Below the pieces are notes generated by a model. The model did no database searches. It was not told where the DNA came from and was given only the letters and a program-made list of their open reading frames with translations. A stretch of 63,135 nucleotides of DNA, counting the filler, from Reticulomyxa filosa (Eukaryota; Protista; Foraminifera): NCBI GenBank assembly GCA_000512085.1. It is 22 parts of 22 records of this genome, joined end to end, with 100 filler letters (N's around TTAATTAATTAA, not from the genome) between each part and the next. Parts side by side here need not be neighbours in the genome. Positions count along the whole stretch, not along the records: positions 13,358 to 14,637 come from ASPP01040893.1; positions 14,738 to 16,463 come from ASPP01028991.1; positions 16,564 to 18,066 come from ASPP01012302.1; positions 18,167 to 25,931 come from ASPP01007460.1; 18 more parts are not named here. One strand, written 5' to 3'. How positions within the stretch are numbered: position 1 is the first letter of the stretch; every line of letters starts with the position of its first letter. A program made the position numbers and the translations under genes. Below are positions 13,358 through 25,931 of this stretch, in pieces.

Positions 13358-14440
13358 ACAAAACACTGGTGAACATGGCGATCCAAGTGGAAGTAGTATC
13401 AGTCTGTTTGGTGATGATAAGATAAGCGATTTGCAAAGCGATTTGCGGGACATTGCCAGCAAGAACGTTCCAGGTGAAGGTAGTTCCAGACAAGCTGAGT
13501 AGTTCAGAGGAAGACAAGCCAAAGGCAAGCAATTCGATCCCAAAGCAGCGCGAGCAGCAAAGTTGCGCAGAGGCATAGAGACCACCAGTGCAAGTGGTGA
13601 AAAGCGTGAAAGCGAAGCGATACGTATCATACCATTGCAAGGCGACATTATTGTCACCAAAGTGACCGCAAAGTCTGTTGGAAAAGAAGAGTACATAGCC
13701 GACGTTGATAGCCCAAGGCAAGACAATGGTAATGATGCAAAGTACAAAAACGACAAAGAGTCGCTGTTGTTCGCTGGCGCTGGATACACTGTCATAGGCC
13801 TCCAACACGGACCTGGAGAACAAGATCTGGGATTAGAGATCCCAAATCTCCAAAGCAAAGTTGTAAAACGCCCAAGGATCGACTTGGTCGGAAGGATAGG
13901 GATATCCCCATTTGAAATACGTATGCATTTGAGCGACAAGACCAATGAGCAGCGCGATCAACGACACGACTTTGATGATAATATGTGCCAGGGGTGTAAA
14001 GCACTTGATCAAGTACTTGAATAATGACAACGTCGAAATTTCGATACGACACGTCCGTGACAAATGGGCTCTTTTGCAAGCTAAGCAAATACACTTGGTT
14101 GATTTTATCATGCAATATGGACGGCAGTCCCGAACTCGTGTTCTGCAAGCGCTGGACACTGGGAGCACTCAGCTGCGGACCCAGGACCACTGTGAGGGTT
14201 TGGTACGAGTCGAAGGACGACGACGACGACGACGAGGTAGGGAAGCGCGACGGTGCGCGTGTGGGAGAAAACGACGGTGAAACGGTGGTAGGTTTGGAAG
14301 GGGCTGCCGAAGGTGTCAGCGTCGGAGATGTTGACGGCAACAATGTGGGATGCAAAGTAGTCGGAAATGCAGTGGGACGTGGAGTAGTCGGCAAACGAGT
14401 AGGTCGTCGAGTTGGATTCGACGTGGGGACCACGAGGTCG
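13358..14440 (-). pseudogene. Mucin-like (PT-repeat) stalk plus multi-pass membrane domain, disrupted
   Basis: A PTxxPT stalk (ORF 13792-14538) shifts frame near 14010 into a TM region (ORF 13833-14168). That region continues in the same frame through TAA 13833-13835 into ORF 13302-13823 ('...GNVPQIALQIAYL'). Confidence 0.55.
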
Positions 14441-14779
14441 AGATACAGAAGGTTGATGTGTGATGTGTCACAATGGCTTGTGAGCTGTTGCCAATGCAAT
14501 CCCATTTGTCTGTGGTCGTATTGTATTCCATTTGACAATGTCCTGTTTCTGCATTTTTACCATTGTGAAAAAATACATTTTGACAGATCAAATCATTATC
14601 ATCTGGACATAGCAATGTTAATGCTTTACTATTATTANNNNNNNNNNNNNNNNNNNNNNNNNNNNNNNNNNNNNNNNNNNNTTAATTAATTAANNNNNNN
14701 NNNNNNNNNNNNNNNNNNNNNNNNNNNNNNNNNNNNNATGTATGCATATATATGTATATACTGTTTTTGTAAAAAAAAA

Positions 14780-16200
14780 GGTTGATGTGGAAGTGTGCAC
14801 ATAATTCCATCCAACAACAAACAGTTGCAAATCAAAAAGTGGAATCAAAGACAATTGGAAAATATTTGGATAATTTGAATCGGCAGCAAATACTAGTTAA
14901 ATGAAGATGTAAAGGAGGAGTAGATGAAGGAATATACAAAGATATTGTAACAAACATTATAAATGTATAAAGACATAAAATGTAAAAAAAAAAAGATGAT
15001 ATTTTCGCAACGGGTGAATGAGTTGTATCAACTGAATTAGTGATAAAAGCGTCCAAATCGAGAGCATTGCGCTTGTGCAAGAGCATAAGTGAGATAATAG
15101 AAATTTCCATTGTATTATATACAAATATATAAATATGCACTTGTGTTTGACTCTATCTTTTGCAGTTCTAACAATAGTATTCGACAACCAAAACTTGCTG
15201 CTTTATCGCCCATCGGAAAAATCGCATGAGCAAATGAACACGTTGTTTTTGGACGTGGCAAAATAACACGAATGTCGCAAGATAGCCAAGCGGACCAAAC
15301 GATCCCGAGTGACAACATCACCCGAAGGAGGAAAATTCCCATTAAACAGGTCACCAGGAACGCAAATTCATTTGCATGATATTCCATTTGGGAGTCAACA
15401 TCAAAGAAATGAGCGAAAAGAATAATATATTATTTGGCGACCAATGGAAAGGCTTCAAAGTCACAGAAGACATTGACACCAATAGTAAATGTGATGTGTT
15501 GATTGAACATAAGAACTACAAGTCATACAGATCCATCAATGGAAAATCACCGACGATGTCTTCTTCACCACAGAAAACAACAATTACTGCTCCAGTCACA
15601 GAGTTGACGCAACAATCAGTAGTCTCCGAGTCGATAAAGGCAGCGATAGAAACATTGCCTTACAACAAACATGCTGATTGGCAAACCATAGCAAAAAAAG
15701 AGTATGAAAAATATATTGTGAAACCATTATAAGTCAATTGCATATCATTCGATTTTCGGATTTAAAACGATAGTATTCAAATGAGGAAATTGCTCAATAG
15801 ACATTGACATAAAGGTTATCCCAAAACACAGAATTGCAAGTACTAATTTTGTCATTGTACAAACAACTTGAAATAAATGATGAAACGACTCCATTTACAT
15901 GGTAACAGGTGAAAATCGTATTTGTATTAATAATCAAAATTAATCCAAAAGTAGTGTTTGATTATTTGTGCCAATTAAATATGAATTAGAAGAAATATCA
16001 TTTGCAGTAACTGTTATATCTGACATTATAAAAGCAATTACAAATGATTGTTCAATTTATGGATGAATTAATGTTATTTAAATGTGATTTGTACAAACAC
16101 CAAATTATCTAAGATACAATAGAGTCATTATCAATGGAAAGACAATAATATCTCTTTGAAATCTCTTGTCACACTATCTAATCATAGAAATTTGATTTTT
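14780..16200 (+). pseudogene. Degenerate coding-like sequence, family not recognised
   Basis: A short ORF (15376-15732) is flanked by coding-like sequence with scattered in-frame stops. No motif recognised. Confidence 0.25.
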
Positions 16201-17285
16201 GCGTACAATCGTATAAAAATAACAATTATGTTGTCATAACTATGTTATCGATTCCACTCTATATTATCATATTGCCAGCAAAATATTGAAATAGAAGCAT
16301 ATTTGAAAATGATAATTATTCGCTTTCAATGCTTTTATGTCCGTGGGACATTACAAAAAGAATCAATATGACGATTTGCGTCTTGCATTGCTCACAAATC
16401 TTCGAATTCCATTTATGAAAGTTGTTTCATTCATGGTCCTTTCGTTGTTATTTATGTCCACTTNNNNNNNNNNNNNNNNNNNNNNNNNNNNNNNNNNNNN
16501 NNNNNNNTTAATTAATTAANNNNNNNNNNNNNNNNNNNNNNNNNNNNNNNNNNNNNNNNNNNNTTTTTTTTTTTTTTTTGTCAGTATTGTTAGTTACATT
16601 TCAGTTAATGATCTTTTCCAGTTAATTCATGTTTAAAACAAAAAAAAGCAAAACGTTTTCTTTTATTCGGTCTCACAAGTATCCTGTCTACTCAACAAAA
16701 TCTTTGAATTTTTTTTTTGAATGTCGTCATTCTTTCACTTTTCTAATTGTTCAAAGACATTTGCTTTCAACATGTTATGTAGTGGCTCTTTTATCCCCAA
16801 AAAGTTTGGAACCGGTGTGCATGTGAACTTGTAAGGTCGAAGCCTCACATTGACATCAAAACTGAATAAAATCCGTTGCAGGATATATCTTTGGCATTGT
16901 TTCCATGAAAACAATATCACAATTTAAAATGAAAAAAAAAAAAAAGTAATTCAGATGCATTGCTGTCCCAATGTCGGATACTTTGGAACGGAACTGCAAT
17001 TGTTTTTTTTTTGCTTTCTTTCTCCCGCTCCCAATATACCCTCCCTAAATGATGATTTATTCTTTGTTTTGTCTGGAGTATATATTGCATGAAGTGCATA
17101 TTTCTCTTTCTGCTTCTCTTATTTAGGCAATTTGCTTTTCTTTGAAAGTATGAAATGTTTTGTTTTATTTATAGTTTTCTCCGTTATTTTTTTGCAAGTT
17201 TGTATTTACTTATTTTTATTTATTTATTTTTTTTTACAAACGGAGGCGCAAGTAGTAGTAGTAGTAGTTGGGTTGATGACAAGTT

Positions 17286-18002
17286 TTAAGATGATAAGGC
17301 CTGGAGTCGTTTGGTCAAATCTTTCATGTCATCTTCTTCTTCCTCCTCTTCGTCCTCTTTTTCTTCCGTCTTTAGTTCTTTATTGGCTTCTGTCATTTCG
17401 CTCAAGTGAACATTCGTCACGTCAAACACGACCTTTTTGTCACATTCAAAAAAAAACAAAACAAAGCAAGTGTTTCAGTGTAATTAATTTGTATGAGTCA
17501 TTGTTATGATTTTGTATTTATATACATATATATATATATATGTATATAAATGTATAATGATTAATCCATTACACTAGCGAGTGTTTTTACATTCGAGGAC
17601 TTTTCCTCTTCTATAACACCCCATATAAAAAGCGAAAGCAATTACAAAACTTGGTCAATCAATTTTTCAGTGTCTTCTTCCATGTCTTCCGTTTCTGCCG
17701 CTTCAAAGGTTTCATCCACCATCTGTAGATTTTAGCCACATTTAAAAAAAAAAAAAAAACAAACTGTGGATATCCTAACTGCAGACAAAGAACAAGAAAC
17801 ACACTGATCATACAACAGAACACAACTATACACAATTTCACGCAACTTCTTGGATGAGTCCCATTTTTTGCATTTCCATTGCCATTTTTGTCGCCGACTG
17901 CTGGACGTCGCCTACCTTCACTAGCTGACCCATCAATGAACTGATTCTCGCCGATTTTTGCATTGTTTTTGACATTTTCAAATTCGCTTGTTGTTCTTTT
18001 AT
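17286..18002 (-). CDS. VPS24: ESCRT-III subunit CHMP3/Vps24 (Snf7 family), 3' three exons
   Basis: Spliced translation: IKEQQANLKMSKTMQKSARISSLMGQLVKVGDVQQSATKMAMEMQKMGLIQE | MVDETFEAAETEDMEEDTEKLIDQ | VVFDVTNVHLSEMTEANKELKTEEKEDEEEEEDDMKDLTKRLQALSS*. This matches the Vps24 helical pattern and the C-terminal MIM1-like 'RL.AL' motif. Absent from the ORF track. Confidence 0.85.
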
Positions 18003-18184
18003 CTGAAAGATTGTTAGTTTTTATGTGTGGTCATGTTGTTTGTTGTAGAGTGCTTTTTTTTTTTTTNNNNNNNNNNNNNNNNNNNNNNNNNNNNNNNNNN
18101 NNNNNNNNNNTTAATTAATTAANNNNNNNNNNNNNNNNNNNNNNNNNNNNNNNNNNNNNNNNNNNNAAAAAAAAAAAAAAAAAG

Positions 18185-18724
18185 GTACCAAAATCGATAC
18201 TGTCCCAACTGAGTGACCTGCTTTTGATACAGCCGTTTCAAGGCGTGTTGTGTCGCGTCACGCCGGCGTTGATAAAACAGCTTGTGGAGATACAGTCGTT
18301 TGTGACATTTGGGATCCCGTCTCAAGAGATAATCCGCGAGTTAATGATAAAGCGTGGGAAACTGCTGGATACGACGGGGATGAAGAGAGTACTAATCACG
18401 TCGAACGTAATAGTAGAAAGAATCTTGGGTAAATGGGACTGCATTTGCATTGAAGATATTGTGAATGTGTTACAATCCAATCCCTATGTCAGCGATGACG
18501 ACAATCCATCCTCCACACCTCTCCGAATTACGGACACCTTTCTAAAATCTGTCGCTGCAAGCAAAAAAGTGCAACAATTTGACGCCGTCTGTCAAGCCGT
18601 TAACCCCTTCCAACTCAATAAGCTCAAAATACCCATTCGTGGCTTGCAAGCCCCTTTTAATCGTAGGGGATATTGGGGATATCGAGGCAAACACATCACC
18701 AAATTTATTGAAAAATTAACTTGA
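18185..18724 (+). CDS. uL30 family protein (RPL7-like/RLP7 ribosome biogenesis paralog), last exon
   Basis: 'FVTFGIPSQEIIRELMIKRG', 'ITSNVIVERILGKWDCICIEDIV', 'NPFQL' and 'GYWGYRGKHITKFIEKL' match uL30/L7 motifs. The divergence favours the RLP7/RPL7L1 paralog. Confidence 0.8.
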   Translation, partial: VPKSILSQLSDLLLIQPFQGVLCRVTPALIKQLVEIQSFVTFGIPSQEIIRELMIKRGKLLDTTGMKRVLITSNVIVERILGKWDCICIEDIVNVLQSNPYVSDDDNPSSTPLRITDTFLKSVAASKKVQQFDAVCQAVNPFQLNKLKIPIRGLQAPFNRRGYWGYRGKHITKFIEKLT

Positions 18725-19124
18725 TTACTTTCTTTTTTTTTTTTTTTTTTGAGAAAAAAAAAGACTCTTGTTATGTTGGACGTGATTAATAAACAAGTTG
18801 ATTTACTTTTTTTTTTTTGAGTTAATGTTTTTATATTGTCACAGACTTCATCTTATTATCGATTTTTTTTTCTCTCTCTTTCCCTCCCCCTTTCCTCGCA
18901 AGACAATGCATGATTTTTGATGTCTTTTTAAACTCCGCTTTTTCAAAATTTGGTCGAAGAGGAAAAGGAGTGATAAACCAAAACATAGCAAAAAATATTT
19001 GAATGTCATCTAAATGTATAAACGTCCCGGCTTGAATGTAACGCATAGGATATTTCTAGTTTGTGTTGTCTCCAATTAAAAAAAGAGTACCACAAACAAA
19101 ACAAAAAGCAATACAATTCATATT

Positions 19125-20090
19125 TTATTTTAATTTGGCCAAGTCACTCAAGTTGATGATTTGCACTCCATGTTTTTTGAACGCTTCTTCCATTGCTTTT
19201 TCGGATTCCTACACACATAAAAAAAAAAAAAAGCGGAGTAACAAGAGTATATTAAAAAAAAAAAAAAAGAGCGTAGAAAGACAAAACAGGAGCAACAGAC
19301 GCAGAGCAGTCCTTCAAAACGAAGGACTTGAATTTTAGAGTGGCACCGTCGATGGCAGTGGATCCAACGCAATAGTCGTACGCCAAGCCAACACAGTATA
19401 TTTCGTGAATGGAAGCCTCCTTCAAAATCCCCTCCAATGCCGTCTTCGTTTTTTTGTCGTTGTCCATAAATGCGCTATAGCTATCCACCTTCGTGTCCGT
19501 CCCTTTCAATATTATTTTGTCCGTTTTTTTCGTTACCAACTCCTTGTGAATTTTTGCACCATCCGATCCTTGGACACAATGATCTGGCCACATCACCTTT
19601 TTTTTTTTTTTTTTGGGGGGGGTGTTGATTGGTTCAAAAAAAAAAAAAAAAAAAAAGTGAAGTTTTTTTTCAATAAAAAATTTTCGATAAGTAAACTTGC
19701 ATTTCACCGCTTTCCAATTTGCACAGCTTAAACAACTTTGCATTGGGGTCCCTTTTGGTGTTGTTAGATAAAAAACTGCAATGACTGGCTGGATGCCAAT
19801 CCATGCTGCAACACACCAGGTCGAACTTGGATTCATACTTTTCCCGCAACTCATTTATTCGGGCGACTATTTTGTCTCCGCCTGCCACTTGCAACGAGCC
19901 CCTGGGGGTATAAAGTCATATTGCATATCTATTATCAGCAGAGCTCGTTTCCTAAGACGGTCGGATCCGTATTATGTGCGCGTGTGCACGGCCCATACTT
20001 GTCTTTTGAACAATAAAATAAAGATATACAACGCATGATAAACACAAAAACAAACACTTTTGGTAGTTCGGTATATGGTGCTTGGGCCAT
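19125..20090 (-). CDS. pncA: Nicotinamidase/pyrazinamidase (isochorismatase fold), 4 exons
   Basis: Motifs ALLIIDMQYDF...GSL, DWHPASHCSF, WPDHCVQGSDGA, KG...VDSYSAF and GLAYDYCV (catalytic D, K, C and metal-binding D/H/H). GT-AG introns, e.g. 19696-19597. The first exon MAQAPYTELPKV is inferred. Confidence 0.92.
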
Positions 20091-20821
20091 CTTGTAATAT
20101 TTTACAAACAATAAGAGTTTTCTACCTTTTCAACTCACAAAGGATTTTTGTACTTGTTTGTGTTTTCAAATTTTTTCTTCTTTGCCTGAAATGATATATG
20201 GATGCAATCAACATTTTTATCTTCTAAATTTGAAAGGTTATGCTTTTTTAAAATTTTTAGTACCTATTTTATATATGTTAATTAAAGGTAAGAAATTGCA
20301 GATTTATTCCATCAATGAAAATTTACAGTCAATGGTGTTGACAACAAAGCCATGTAGAATTGCACAGCATGCGCCCAATTCCTAATGTCGGTCCAAATTA
20401 AATAAATAAATTGTTTTTTAAAATTGAATTTTCATGCATTGTAAACTGACAGTTATAAAAGTTTAGCAAAATACTAATAGAAAGTATATGATATGTTATA
20501 TGAACTGTAACACTGGCAACTCACCTAAGACAAGTGCAAACTTGTTTCTACAAAATTTATGAATATTGTTCGCTGCAAAAAATTATTAACAAAATCTTAA
20601 GGTTTATGCGAATGAATCAAAAATAATTTTATTTTATTTATTGTAGTATATAAATAATTGAAAATTTGAATAGTTAACATCTGGTAATGCAATAACTCTA
20701 TTGTCTTAATTTATTGCTGCCGTAAACAAGTTTAAAGCAGGCTAATCTTTCAGTTGTTACTTTTTTCTTGCCCCTTTTCTTCCCTAAAATTTACAATTCA
20801 CAAAACTCATCAGTCAGTAAA

Positions 20822-23698
20822 ATGCCGTTGTTAAAGCATTCAAAAAAAAAAAAAAAAACCAAATTTCAGTTTAATTTAATCTTCTACACCATAATCGGAG
20901 CTTTTCCCTCTAACTGCACTGCTAGCACTGAGTCTGGTGTTTACATTCGATTGAAACGGAAGAACAAATCGTATACGACTAAAGTGAGGCATTATGTTTT
21001 GGAGGGAGGACTGAATTTTATGTATTGAGTCCTTGTATTTTCTGTGAGAGCAAGGAGAAGCTATTCAATCTTGATCTGACAAGAATACAAACAATAGCAA
21101 TTTCAAAAAAAAAGGTATCATTTCCAAAGGATGGAGGGCATGTAGAAGTATTTGACACGATTAAACTTACGTCAACAATTTGCCAATCAGTACCGAACAC
21201 GGAAAACAGTCCGGAAATAGCCAATGTTCCAGGTGCACTTGGTCTAGTCAGCAAACCAAAAGAATTTGTGTTATCTGTTGTAACCGTCCATGACGAACGT
21301 GTTTTCTGGCAAACCACGATCGATTTATCCAAGTATGTTGAGGCCGACACAATGGAACTTTTTCATTTGCAATATAAAGTTTTGATTCATTTATTTGATT
21401 TTTTTTTTTTTGAATTACAATTTTATTAAATTTAAAATTAAGTAAATTAATTTTACCAAAAAAAAAAAAAAAAAGTACCAAAAAAAAAGGCAAAAAACAA
21501 TCGAAATTAAAACGCCAACTGAAATCCTTTACCTTAAAATCAAAACATGGCAGTGGCCAAGAGAAAAGCATACCTTTGCAAATAAGTGTGCGAGTGTCGA
21601 TTCAATGCACGTCATGTTTGAAAACGAATGTTCCCGGAACAGTGGACATCCCGATGCTCCCTTCAAAAACGCAACCTTTGTCGACACTACCCCACCACTG
21701 GGACGAACACTATCTAATGCAGAGACCACAAACGCAGCCGGATTTTGCATCGTCATTACATACTGCAAACAAGTCTGATCCACTTCATCACTTTTTCCAT
21801 TCCGTAGTGCCATCGCCTCAGTTGTTATGTACGCAACCTGAGCACCAATACGCCAATGAAAATACACCGCCACCGAAACACCTGGAAACGCTGCTACGTA
21901 TAAATAACAACCAATTGCAACCACCATCTACACAAGACTTAAACGAAACCAGCTGCTTGTGCAATGGACCGATTCAAAATGATACGCACAGTGGTAATTA
22001 TTCAGATGATCAAACTATCCAAGATCAAGAAAGAGAAGAAGAACAAGGAGAATCTCAAGTGACCCTCAACGAAAACAATGCCACGTCATCACCACCCGAG
22101 GTTCCTGTGTCATTGAACGAAGACAAGGACAAAAACATGGCACATCCGCTGACGACATTGTCGATTGAACTAGACACAACATCGACGACAGTTGCGGTGG
22201 TAGAAGATCGATGGCCGTCGGCAGTGGATATGGACAAACTGAACTTTGGGTTAATCCATAACTGCGCGTCGGTGAACACGCAGCAACGCTTTTGGGAAGG
22301 AATTCCTAAAAATGCGGTCATTTTGTTACATTGCTTGATCCATTGGAAAATGTTCCAAGAGGAAGATACGAAAGAAGAAAAAGAACAAAAGAATAACACT
22401 AATGATGACGACGATTTGAAAGCCAAACATTTTGATCTGTTAACCCAAATTAACAATTCCATTCAATTGGAAGTAAACCAAAGCAGGTTTGACAACCGCG
22501 AGCAAGCTTTTTGGCTGATTGTATGTACATCGTTGCGTCAATGGTTACAAACCATTTTCCAAGCCCCTTTATCTTCCTTTTTATCTACACAGCCAAGTGT
22601 CAATGAAGAGACTGCCAAATGCAGTGAATCAAAGTTAGTACTTTTTTTTCCCCTACTATATGCGCTTCAAAAAGTTAAAAAGGTATCCCCCTTTTTTTTT
22701 TTTTTTTGTATCGTCTATTCATTCTTTAAAGCACATCCAAAAGCAAAGAATTATTGAAGTGGTTTTTAAAGCAGCTGAAAGCACTAGCCGATCAATGTTA
22801 TCACAACATTATGCAACCAATAATCAAGCAAATGGAACAATTGCCTTTGGAAGATATTTTCGGTTTTGTTTTGTTTTTTGCTCCCCTTTCGGACTTTCTT
22901 TAAAAAAACATTTAAAAAAATGATAGAAAAAGAGCACGGGGAAACAGGCAGTCCGACAATAGATTTGGTATTCTCCAGCTTTGATCCAGTGATCAATTTA
23001 TTGGCTGACGTGAAAATATTCGACGGATTTCGGTCGCAAATGGCGTCGCACTTAATCGACTTGCTGGTGGTTCGAATTGGCAATTTGCTGCTGTTAAATG
23101 CTCAATTTTGCACATTGGCGAGCGGCTTTCGGCTGAAGATTGTCATTTCCATGTTCAACACTTGGCACTTCACGCATTTTGCACGCGGTGACAGCGCTAC
23201 CCTTCCTCACTCGTTAGCCGCTTTGACGGACATCTCGACCTTATTGCTCACGTGCGCTACCATGTCAAACTGTAACCAAGTATTGGCAATGTGCCAAAGA
23301 TTAAATGTTGTGCAAATTTATCATTTATTACAAAACTACAATTCCTTAGTGACAAAAGATCTGAAGGTTGATAAAGATCATGTTTTACGAGTTAATTTTT
23401 TTTTTTTTTTAATTCGAGCGCCCCTTTGGAACACAGGCACGTCCAAATTAAAAAATACTGTTGTTTCGCAAAATATGTACAGCCGATTTCAGTAAAAGCA
23501 TTGCGAAGGCCTAGTCAACAAAAAAAAGGACATAATCTGCTGTTGGAATTGAGTGTTGAGGGTATCGATTGGAAAAATGAAATTGCTGAACCGTTGTTGC
23601 CCAAAGTTGCTATCTCCAACATTGATGTTCCCCTTGATATTCTAAATCAAGCAGCGTTCGCATTCTTGCGCACACCAGACGGAAGCACTTTGCAATAA
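20822..23698 (+). CDS. NT-type C2 domain protein with C-terminal myosin V/XI-type cargo-binding (Dilute) domain
   Basis: The N-terminus 'KKTKFQFNL...VYIRLKRKNK...FDTIKLTSTI...KPKEFVLSV...TIDLSKYV' fits NT-C2. The C-terminus 'AVILLHCLIHW', 'QAFWL', 'GNLLLLNAQFCTLASGFRLK', 'MCQRLNVVQIYHLLQNY' and 'ILNQAAFAFL' fits the globular-tail/Dilute domain. Several introns. Confidence 0.75.
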
Positions 23699-25188
23699 AA
23701 CTAGTATTACGAGTAATATAAACATTTCGTTGTATGAATTTGTTTTGTGTTTATTTAATATTGTTATAATTCCTCCGTTTCTCGTGACAATAATTTTATC
23801 CACTTATAATTTTAATTCACTCAGTTGCAAAGCAGAACCTTGATAAAAATTTGTCCGAAGTGGTGTTGCTAATGTGCAGCTTTATTTGTGGAAAAATGCA
23901 CAATTTAAACCATTGGACTCTTTCCAATCCTTTATTTATTTATTCCATTTTCTTCAGCTCCTGTCGAGTCTGTGCGCTCTGGTAACATAATTTAAACTAT
24001 CTTTGTGGTCTTCACAAACGTATCGCGCACTGTGATGATTTTTTAATTAAGAAACCGAGTAGATACTTTTTTGAAAAGTGTCCTCGTGGCATTCTACTCA
24101 ACAATTTAATTTTTTGTTTTGTTTTTATGAATTTATCCAATTTATGCAAAATTTTCTCCAAAACAGCTTTCAGTCAGTTGAAACAATGGTGAATATGTTT
24201 CTTTTTTTCTAGTTCTTTAAATAAGAAAGACCAGTTTTTCTTAAAAAAAAATTTCGAACTTATAACATAATGAACAACACTCCACAAGTTCTGGGAACAA
24301 TGTGATCAAATTAGTAATATTGTAAATAAGTACTTTTTCTGACGTCAAACAAAACTATTAATGTGTTCGATTAATTGTCGTCACAAACGCTGTTTAAGTG
24401 GTAACGGCAAATATATGATAACGTGTGAATATTATGACGCAACAGCTTGGAAAATCGATTATATTAAAGTCAATAACAATTTCGATGATAATGGCGGGCA
24501 ATCCATTGGAGGATCAAGATGAATTAAAAGAAAAGACTGCCACAGAATATAATACTGTGAACTCCTATTGGAGCATGTTTTCATTATCGATTTAGATCTT
24601 TTAGCATTGCAAGTTTAAAAAAAAATGTAGTAGAATATTAAATGAAAATTATAACTCAACTATTAAAAAATAAAAGAAGCTGACGATGTGTTGTATGACC
24701 GAATAAATGACAATGTTTTGTTCACTGTACATTTGTAAATTGAGTTTTTCACCATTAAAAAAAAATATTTAAAAGTAGTAAAAATTACTTTTGTTTTTTC
24801 AGTCTATTATGAAAGATTTATTTAAGGAAACAATAGCAATTGTTGAAATTTTTTTTAGTAGTATAAAGTTTTACTGTACAAACAAAAAACATGTTTGATC
24901 ACAAAGAACGAGGGGCATGATTTAAAAAAAAGTTTGGAATATGAACAAATGTCAAAATCTTGCTAACTATCTTGTTGTGCAAAGGGCTTCTATTTGAAAG
25001 TTTAATAAAAAGCGAAAGGAAAAGGAAGAAATGCCATGCAATAGGTATCTCCCTCCTCTCGCATTATGTACTTAACCTCCACGCGTCAAAGGTTTTAGAC
25101 AAAGAGTAAGATTAAAACAAATAAAAAATAAAAATAGTGATTGTTGAATAGTTTTGATATATTATTCATGTTTATAATATTGTCCAGC

Positions 25189-25931
25189 ACCATAAGTCTA
25201 GCAATTTATTATAATGATTTTACTACTTGCAACTATCCATTTGGAGGATTTATGTTATTTCATTACTGTTTCACATTGTTACGTTTCACCCCAAATTTTG
25301 CACTATTTATTTTATTTTAATCATATATATTTATATTTATATATGAATAACATAGAATTTGGCGTATCCTTGATAACGTTTGCCAAGCCTTAAATGCTGA
25401 CCAATCGCAAAATCGCAAGCAAACATTATTGACACTAGTATACGTACATGTTTTTGTATACGTGCATAATGCACCTACGTATACGTATATATATATATAT
25501 GTATACGTTTTTTTTTTTTTTTAATAATAAAAAAAAAATGAATAGTTCCGATGTGTAGATATGTGTGTGGTCCGTGGCCTTTTAATAAGCAGTGTGATAG
25601 GATGTGGTGATCAATGGATAATCCGAGACCGTGAGTGTGTGTTTGGGATAATGAAGAGTAATGCGTGGTTAACAATGGTGTTGTGGATTGCGTTTTATCA
25701 GAGTTACCTCTTGTTTATAGCACTGCGAAGCATAAATAAAGCAGTGCGAGCGTATCATCAGTTGCGACGATATCCTGAGTCGCGATCGATGCGACAGCAA
25801 GTACAACACTTAGCACAGCTGCTTTGGTTTGATCTTTGTTTCACGTGGTTGTGCATGCGTCGTCCTTCGTACGCATTTCAACTGAGTCAAAGTTCGCACG
25901 AGCCTTTGTTCCAACAAATTGGCATCGAACT
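25189..25931 (+). CDS. Multi-exon membrane protein fragment (unknown)
   Basis: Exon-like segments TISLAIYYNDFTTCNYPFGGFMLFHY, IWRILDNVCQAL... and ORF 25561-25983 with a TM helix 'AWLTMVLWIAFYQSYLLFIAL'. Truncated at the linker. Confidence 0.4.

Noticed and set aside
13833-13835. Stop-codon reassignment (ciliate-like code)
   Set aside because: Conserved genes here end at TAA, TGA or TAG at the expected positions (VPS24, pncA, STI1, uL30-like) and lack internal stops.
19125-20090. pncA as bacterial contamination or recent HGT
   Set aside because: It has three host-style spliceosomal introns, and nicotinamidases are widespread in eukaryotes.
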